From a virus, in IMG/VR virus record IMGVR_UViG_3300035438_000341, positions 32,047-96,046 of that record: a stretch of DNA of 64,000 nt; one strand, 5' to 3'. This document shows positions 60,496 through 64,000 of the stretch, piece by piece. Within the stretch, counting starts at the first letter, position 1. Every line of letters starts with the position of its first letter. The position numbers were made by a program, and so were the translations under genes. The notes beneath the pieces were generated by a model. That model had not been told where the DNA came from, made no database searches, and saw only the letters and a list, made by a program, of their open reading frames with translations.

Positions 60496-60719
60496 AATGT
60501 TTGTTTAAATGCTTCAATTATTTGTGGGTAAAGAGCTCTTACCTCTCTTGGTACTCTTGAGAAAAACCATCTCACTTCTAGTTCATACTGATCTCCATTT
60601 GGATCTAATCCTTGTGGATGTATTAACCAGAAGTAATGATATTTCCCTTCGTGCTCTATGTGGCCCTCATGCCAACGTTCCTCGAAAGAAGGAACTTTAT
60701 TAATTGTTATTTCTTGCAT
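60492..60719 (-). CDS. Hypothetical protein (75 aa); gene targeted by the upstream insertion
   Basis: ATG at 60719 (MQEITINKVPSF) lies just after the endonuclease stop. Confidence 0.7.
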   Translation of the reverse strand: MQEITINKVPSFEERWHEGHIEHEGKYHYFWLIHPQGLDPNGDQYELEVRWFFSRVPREVRALYPQIIEAFKQTL

Positions 60720-60723
60720 ATTA

Positions 60724-61452
60724 TTAATTTTTATATTTCCAAATATATCCTCCAGCGGAGTGATAGTGTTTTTTACCATTACAGCATCCAGCTATTGCAG
60801 CATTATTTATAGATAGTTCTCTTTCTACATCCATAGTACTCTTCCATTCTTTTATGAATTCTCCTAATAATGTATATTGACATACAGATTTTGCTCTTTT
60901 ATCTTTATATGAATAGTCTTTACTTTCATTATAATATTCTTTATAAACAAATATGTAATCTTTATACTTATCTCTTTTACCCATAAGAACTCTATGAATA
61001 CAACTAGGTTGAGTATTTAAATAATTAGCTGCATCTGATACAAGAGCAAACTCCTTTATTAAAGTTCCATCTAAATCTAATATTACTATAGGTCTAATTG
61101 CCATACTTTTTAATTTATTACTAATTCTTAACTTATCAACTGAAGTCATTTTTCCTTTTTCAGGATGAGTTGCTTTGATATTATAACCATATTTAGGATT
61201 ATGAGTATCAAGAATATTACACCAATAATGTTCCTCAGATTCTAAAATATCTGTAGAGCACGTTGTTAGAATCTCAAAAGAGAAGTTAGATTGACCATAC
61301 TTATTCCAAGCTTTTTGAAGATGCTCATTTTTGTGTACATTTCTATTTAATGTACTTACATGATTATTAAATCTATCTTTAAAACTTTCTGTATAACCAA
61401 CATATAACTTCTTTGTTATTGTATTCTCTATGGTGTAGATTCCTGAATTCAT
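60724..61452 (-). CDS. GIY-YIG homing endonuclease with two NUMOD1-like repeats
   Basis: SGIYTIEN..LYVG..RFNNH; QYTL.GEFIKEW.S..SAGGYIWKY. Confidence 0.9.
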   Translation of the reverse strand: MNSGIYTIENTITKKLYVGYTESFKDRFNNHVSTLNRNVHKNEHLQKAWNKYGQSNFSFEILTTCSTDILESEEHYWCNILDTHNPKYGYNIKATHPEKGKMTSVDKLRISNKLKSMAIRPIVILDLDGTLIKEFALVSDAANYLNTQPSCIHRVLMGKRDKYKDYIFVYKEYYNESKDYSYKDKRAKSVCQYTLLGEFIKEWKSTMDVERELSINNAAIAGCCNGKKHYHSAGGYIWKYKN

Positions 61453-61455
61453 AAT

Positions 61456-61707
61456 TTACTCTTTTACATCAAACATTACCATATTGCCACAATTAGAACA
61501 TTCGATTCTATCTGATGATTCATGATATACAGCTGTCCATTCATGTCCACAAAGGTCACATTTAACTTGTTGTCCTAACCATCCTGTTTCATTATCCTCT
61601 AAATACTTTTCATATTCTGGAATATAACCAACTAAATCTTCAAGGTCTATTTTAGTAATACCTTTGGTTGTTTTCAACCATTCACATAATTCTTCTATAT
61701 TATCCAT
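61456..61707 (-). CDS. Small Zn-ribbon protein
   Basis: CDLCGHEW..ECSNCG; ATG at 61707 preferred over the TTG at 61740. Confidence 0.65.
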   Translation of the reverse strand: MDNIEELCEWLKTTKGITKIDLEDLVGYIPEYEKYLEDNETGWLGQQVKCDLCGHEWTAVYHESSDRIECSNCGNMVMFDVKE

Positions 61708-61721
61708 AGTTTTATTTTTTA

Positions 61722-61799
61722 TTATACCATATCTCTGCAAATATCATGCCATATTTCAGAGAATGAGGGAGTCTTGTTGATTGTTATTGCGTTAGTCAT
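61722..61799 (-). pseudogene. Orphaned 5' end of the 60492-60719 gene
   Basis: MTNAITINKTPSFSEIWH versus MQEITINKVPSFEERWH. Confidence 0.7.
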
Positions 61800-62205
61800 C
61801 TATTGTTATACTATTAATTATACGATAAGTTAATTCTTCTATTATTATATTCTCTAACCATGGAGCAATTCTACCTCCCAAGTCTTTTAGAATATTTGCA
61901 AGATGAGTATTTGACATATCTGCTATAGATTTGTATGACAATGGTGATTTACCATCTTTACCTCTATTACCCCAGTGGGCAGCACTTCTATTCATCTCAT
62001 GATCATCTGATAGATATATTGTAGAACTAGTATCAACTAAATCAAGATTTAATCCTCCATAACGTTGATATTCATTACCACCATCTATCATTGTTTCATT
62101 AGTGCATCCACATGTTTTGTAATCATGTCTATGATATGATGTGAGCACTTCTCCACATTCTCTACACTGTACTCTATTGAGTATTATTTGTTTTACTTCA
62201 TTCAT
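61792..62205 (-). CDS. Zn-binding phage protein
   Basis: C..CG..L.S.HRHDY..C.C...IDGG..Y.R. Confidence 0.75.
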   Translation of the reverse strand: MNEVKQIILNRVQCRECGEVLTSYHRHDYKTCGCTNETMIDGGNEYQRYGGLNLDLVDTSSTIYLSDDHEMNRSAAHWGNRGKDGKSPLSYKSIADMSNTHLANILKDLGGRIAPWLENIIIEELTYRIINSITIDD

Positions 62206-62533
62206 GATTCAAGTTTTTTAAGTCTTCATCAATTCTTGTTAAAAATGATTCATCACCATCATCTCCTGACAATAACCAATCCATTCTTTGCATATAGATT
62301 TGTGCTTTCTTAATCATTATTGAAGAAACTTTAAACTGTTCAATCACTTCATCAGAATATTTATAATGAAACTTATCTTCAGGATATTTGTCATACCATT
62401 CATCATCTCTCCATCTGTCCTCTTTCAATTCTTCATCAGTTTTAGGCTGACCATTTTGTTTAATCAATTTATCTATATCCTCTGCTACATCAGTAAGTCT
62501 ATACTGCAAGTAGTCCCAATGTCCTCCACTCAT
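62198..62533 (-). CDS. Hypothetical protein
   Basis: MSGG..DY..R.DWLLSGDDG..SF motif. Confidence 0.75.
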   Translation of the reverse strand: MSGGHWDYLQYRLTDVAEDIDKLIKQNGQPKTDEELKEDRWRDDEWYDKYPEDKFHYKYSDEVIEQFKVSSIMIKKAQIYMQRMDWLLSGDDGDESFLTRIDEDLKNLNHE

Positions 62534-62536
62534 AAT

Positions 62537-62635
62537 TTATTTGTTTTGTTTATTACAGGTTTTACATTTTAGTGTCTCTGGATCAAAGTTTTTCTCTGTC
62601 TTACACTTATCACAATATTGATATAATGTTATCAT
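62537..62635 (-). CDS. 32-aa mini Zn-ribbon peptide
   Basis: Not in the ORF track. ATGA-coupled; YCDKCK..KCKTC. Confidence 0.6.
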   Translation of the reverse strand: MITLYQYCDKCKTEKNFDPETLKCKTCNKQNK

Positions 62636-63090
62636 ATTCCTAATAGTTTAATTATTTTTCTAAGTGTGTTAATGTCTTTACATTTAAAAGGTAACGAATC
62701 ACTTGAATAATTTATCAATACCTCTTTCTTTTTAGAATTAAAATGTAATTCATGATAACATCCTTTTACTTTTTTTACAAAAGTTATTGCACCATCACTT
62801 TGATCTAAATCATATTTCCATCCTTCAGCTTCTATTTGTTCTTTAGTGAGATAGGGAACTCTAATTCTATCAATGCCAGTTGCTTTGTAATGCACACTGT
62901 AAGTATCAGAATCTAAAGGACTTTTTCCTTCAGGGAATGTATCTAATACTTTTTTATTTAATAGAGTTTTAATATCTCTAGCATCGTATAGATCACATGT
63001 TACAGAATACCATTCTCCTCCATCATTCCTTTCATATTCATATCCATTATGAAAGTCTGAAATATCAGGAATGAAATATTTATTTTTCAT
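62632..63090 (-). CDS. Hypothetical protein
   Basis: Y.P.I..FH.GYEYE..RV.YL..E.IE..GW. Confidence 0.7.
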   Translation of the reverse strand: MKNKYFIPDISDFHNGYEYERNDGGEWYSVTCDLYDARDIKTLLNKKVLDTFPEGKSPLDSDTYSVHYKATGIDRIRVPYLTKEQIEAEGWKYDLDQSDGAITFVKKVKGCYHELHFNSKKKEVLINYSSDSLPFKCKDINTLRKIIKLLGI

Positions 63091-63475
63091 TTGTTTTCTT
63101 TTTAGCTTGTTTCTCTTTTAATGTCTTAGCATCATGGCAGGTCATACATAACACCTGAAGATTATCTTGTTCACAGAACAATCTTTCCACAAATAGTGGT
63201 AAGTCTTGTGATGTGTTCAAGCTTCCTGCTGGTATAATATGATCTACATTAATATTCTTTTCAGTAGTCCAAGTCTTGCACTTGTTGCATTGATATTCAT
63301 ACTTCTGACGCTTACTAGGTCCTTTATAATCTCTGCGTGCATTTAATTTACATACTGATATGGGCTTCCACCATCTACTCTTCTGTCTCAAAGCACTTCT
63401 TATGAAGCTCCAGAAGGCTGCCTCACTCATTGTACCACTGCATCTTGTCTTTGGGACTAACACTCTCTTTGCCAT
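63080..63475 (-). CDS. HNH endonuclease
   Basis: YQC..C..VDHI.P.G..NLQVLC..CH..KT. Confidence 0.85.
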   Translation of the reverse strand: MAKRVLVPKTRCSGTMSEAAFWSFIRSALRQKSRWWKPISVCKLNARRDYKGPSKRQKYEYQCNKCKTWTTEKNINVDHIIPAGSLNTSQDLPLFVERLFCEQDNLQVLCMTCHDAKTLKEKQAKKKTNEK

Positions 63476-63493
63476 ATTATTATAATTAAGTTA

Positions 63494-63522
63494 TGTCGCA
63501 AATATAGGATAAATTTGCGACA
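63494..63522 (-). promoter_or_regulatory. -7 promoter box (TATATTTG) embedded in a 10-bp inverted repeat
   Basis: TGTCGCAAAT-N9-ATTTGCGACA upstream of ATG 63475. Confidence 0.65.
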
Positions 63523-63540
63523 CAACTGTAATTAATTTTA

Positions 63541-64000
63541 CTACTTAATCGTATTCACACGATTAGTAATCTTGGCTTTCATTTCACTAAGATTCAATAC
63601 AATAGCATTGATCTCTGCTGCTGATATAGAAGGCATGTTGAACTCATGTTTCTTAGCTTCAGTTGCAAATCCTTCTTTCGCTTTTTCAGCTAAGCTTTCT
63701 AACTCACGAATAGCATATTGCTCATCCAATTGTAAGAAATCAAAGCTTCTATCGTTCATGATTTGATCTGCTTCTTGAACAGTGGTTAACATGAATGGAA
63801 GATATTCCCAACATCTACCTTTCTCTGTACCAATACCTACCACCTTCATAGGATTATGAAGAGTCATAACTGTGGTATCACCACAAAGAACATAAGGAGC
63901 TGTGTATCCTGCAAAGTGAAGACCTGCTGTAGCACAATCTTGTGTACTCCAGTTACAATCTTCTTTAGGCATACTAACAACTTGTCCCACACGAATGTCA
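63541..64000 (-). CDS. rIIB-like protein, C-terminal part (5'-partial)
   Basis: G..V.MP...C..C..GLH..NP..VV..KGRC.EY; the frame runs off the window end. Confidence 0.65.
   Translation of the reverse strand, partial: DIRVGQVVSMPKEDCNWSTQDCATAGLHFAGYTAPYVLCGDTTVMTLHNPMKVVGIGTEKGRCWEYLPFMLTTVQEADQIMNDRSFDFLQLDEQYAIRELESLAEKAKEGFATEAKKHEFNMPSISAAEINAIVLNLSEMKAKITNRVNTIK

Noticed and set aside
1-64000. Stop-codon reassignment, as seen in some crAss-like phages
   Set aside because: Genes are full length and tightly packed under code 11, and TAG and TGA both terminate genes; no suppressor tRNA was seen.

Overview
This 64-kb window is part of an AT-rich crAss-like (Crassvirales-type) phage genome. 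It uses the standard genetic code, and the host is probably Bacteroidota, judged from TAnnTTTG -7 promoter boxes and AT-rich leaders without Shine-Dalgarno sites. The + strand (1-50.5 kb) carries the virion module in this order: a split muzzle/tail-stabilisation gene, virion cargo genes including a 4475-aa polyprotein with the DFDID virion RNA polymerase motif, Ser/Gly/Thr-repeat fibres and a receptor-binding protein, a lysis cassette, Thr-rich small proteins and a cluster of basic proteins. The - strand (50.5-64 kb) carries middle genes: GroES, thioredoxin, PhoH, MazG, dNMP kinase, RecA, nucleases and an rIIB-like gene. Five free-standing homing-type endonuclease genes are scattered through the window. 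The main observations are (1) a candidate virion O-glycosylation system of three glycosyltransferase genes (five GT domains, including a TibC/Aah-type domain and an HPAT/SERGT-like enzyme) interleaved with mucin-like poly-Thr and (SGT)n structural proteins, (2) a DnaJ J-domain (HPD) inside the ejected RNA polymerase polyprotein, (3) a canonical -1 frameshift signal in a small non-tail gene, (4) tandem ADP-ribosyltransferase-like domains in a cargo-locus protein, and (5) readable scars of homing-endonuclease insertion. All family assignments come from motif recognition by eye; no database searches were run.
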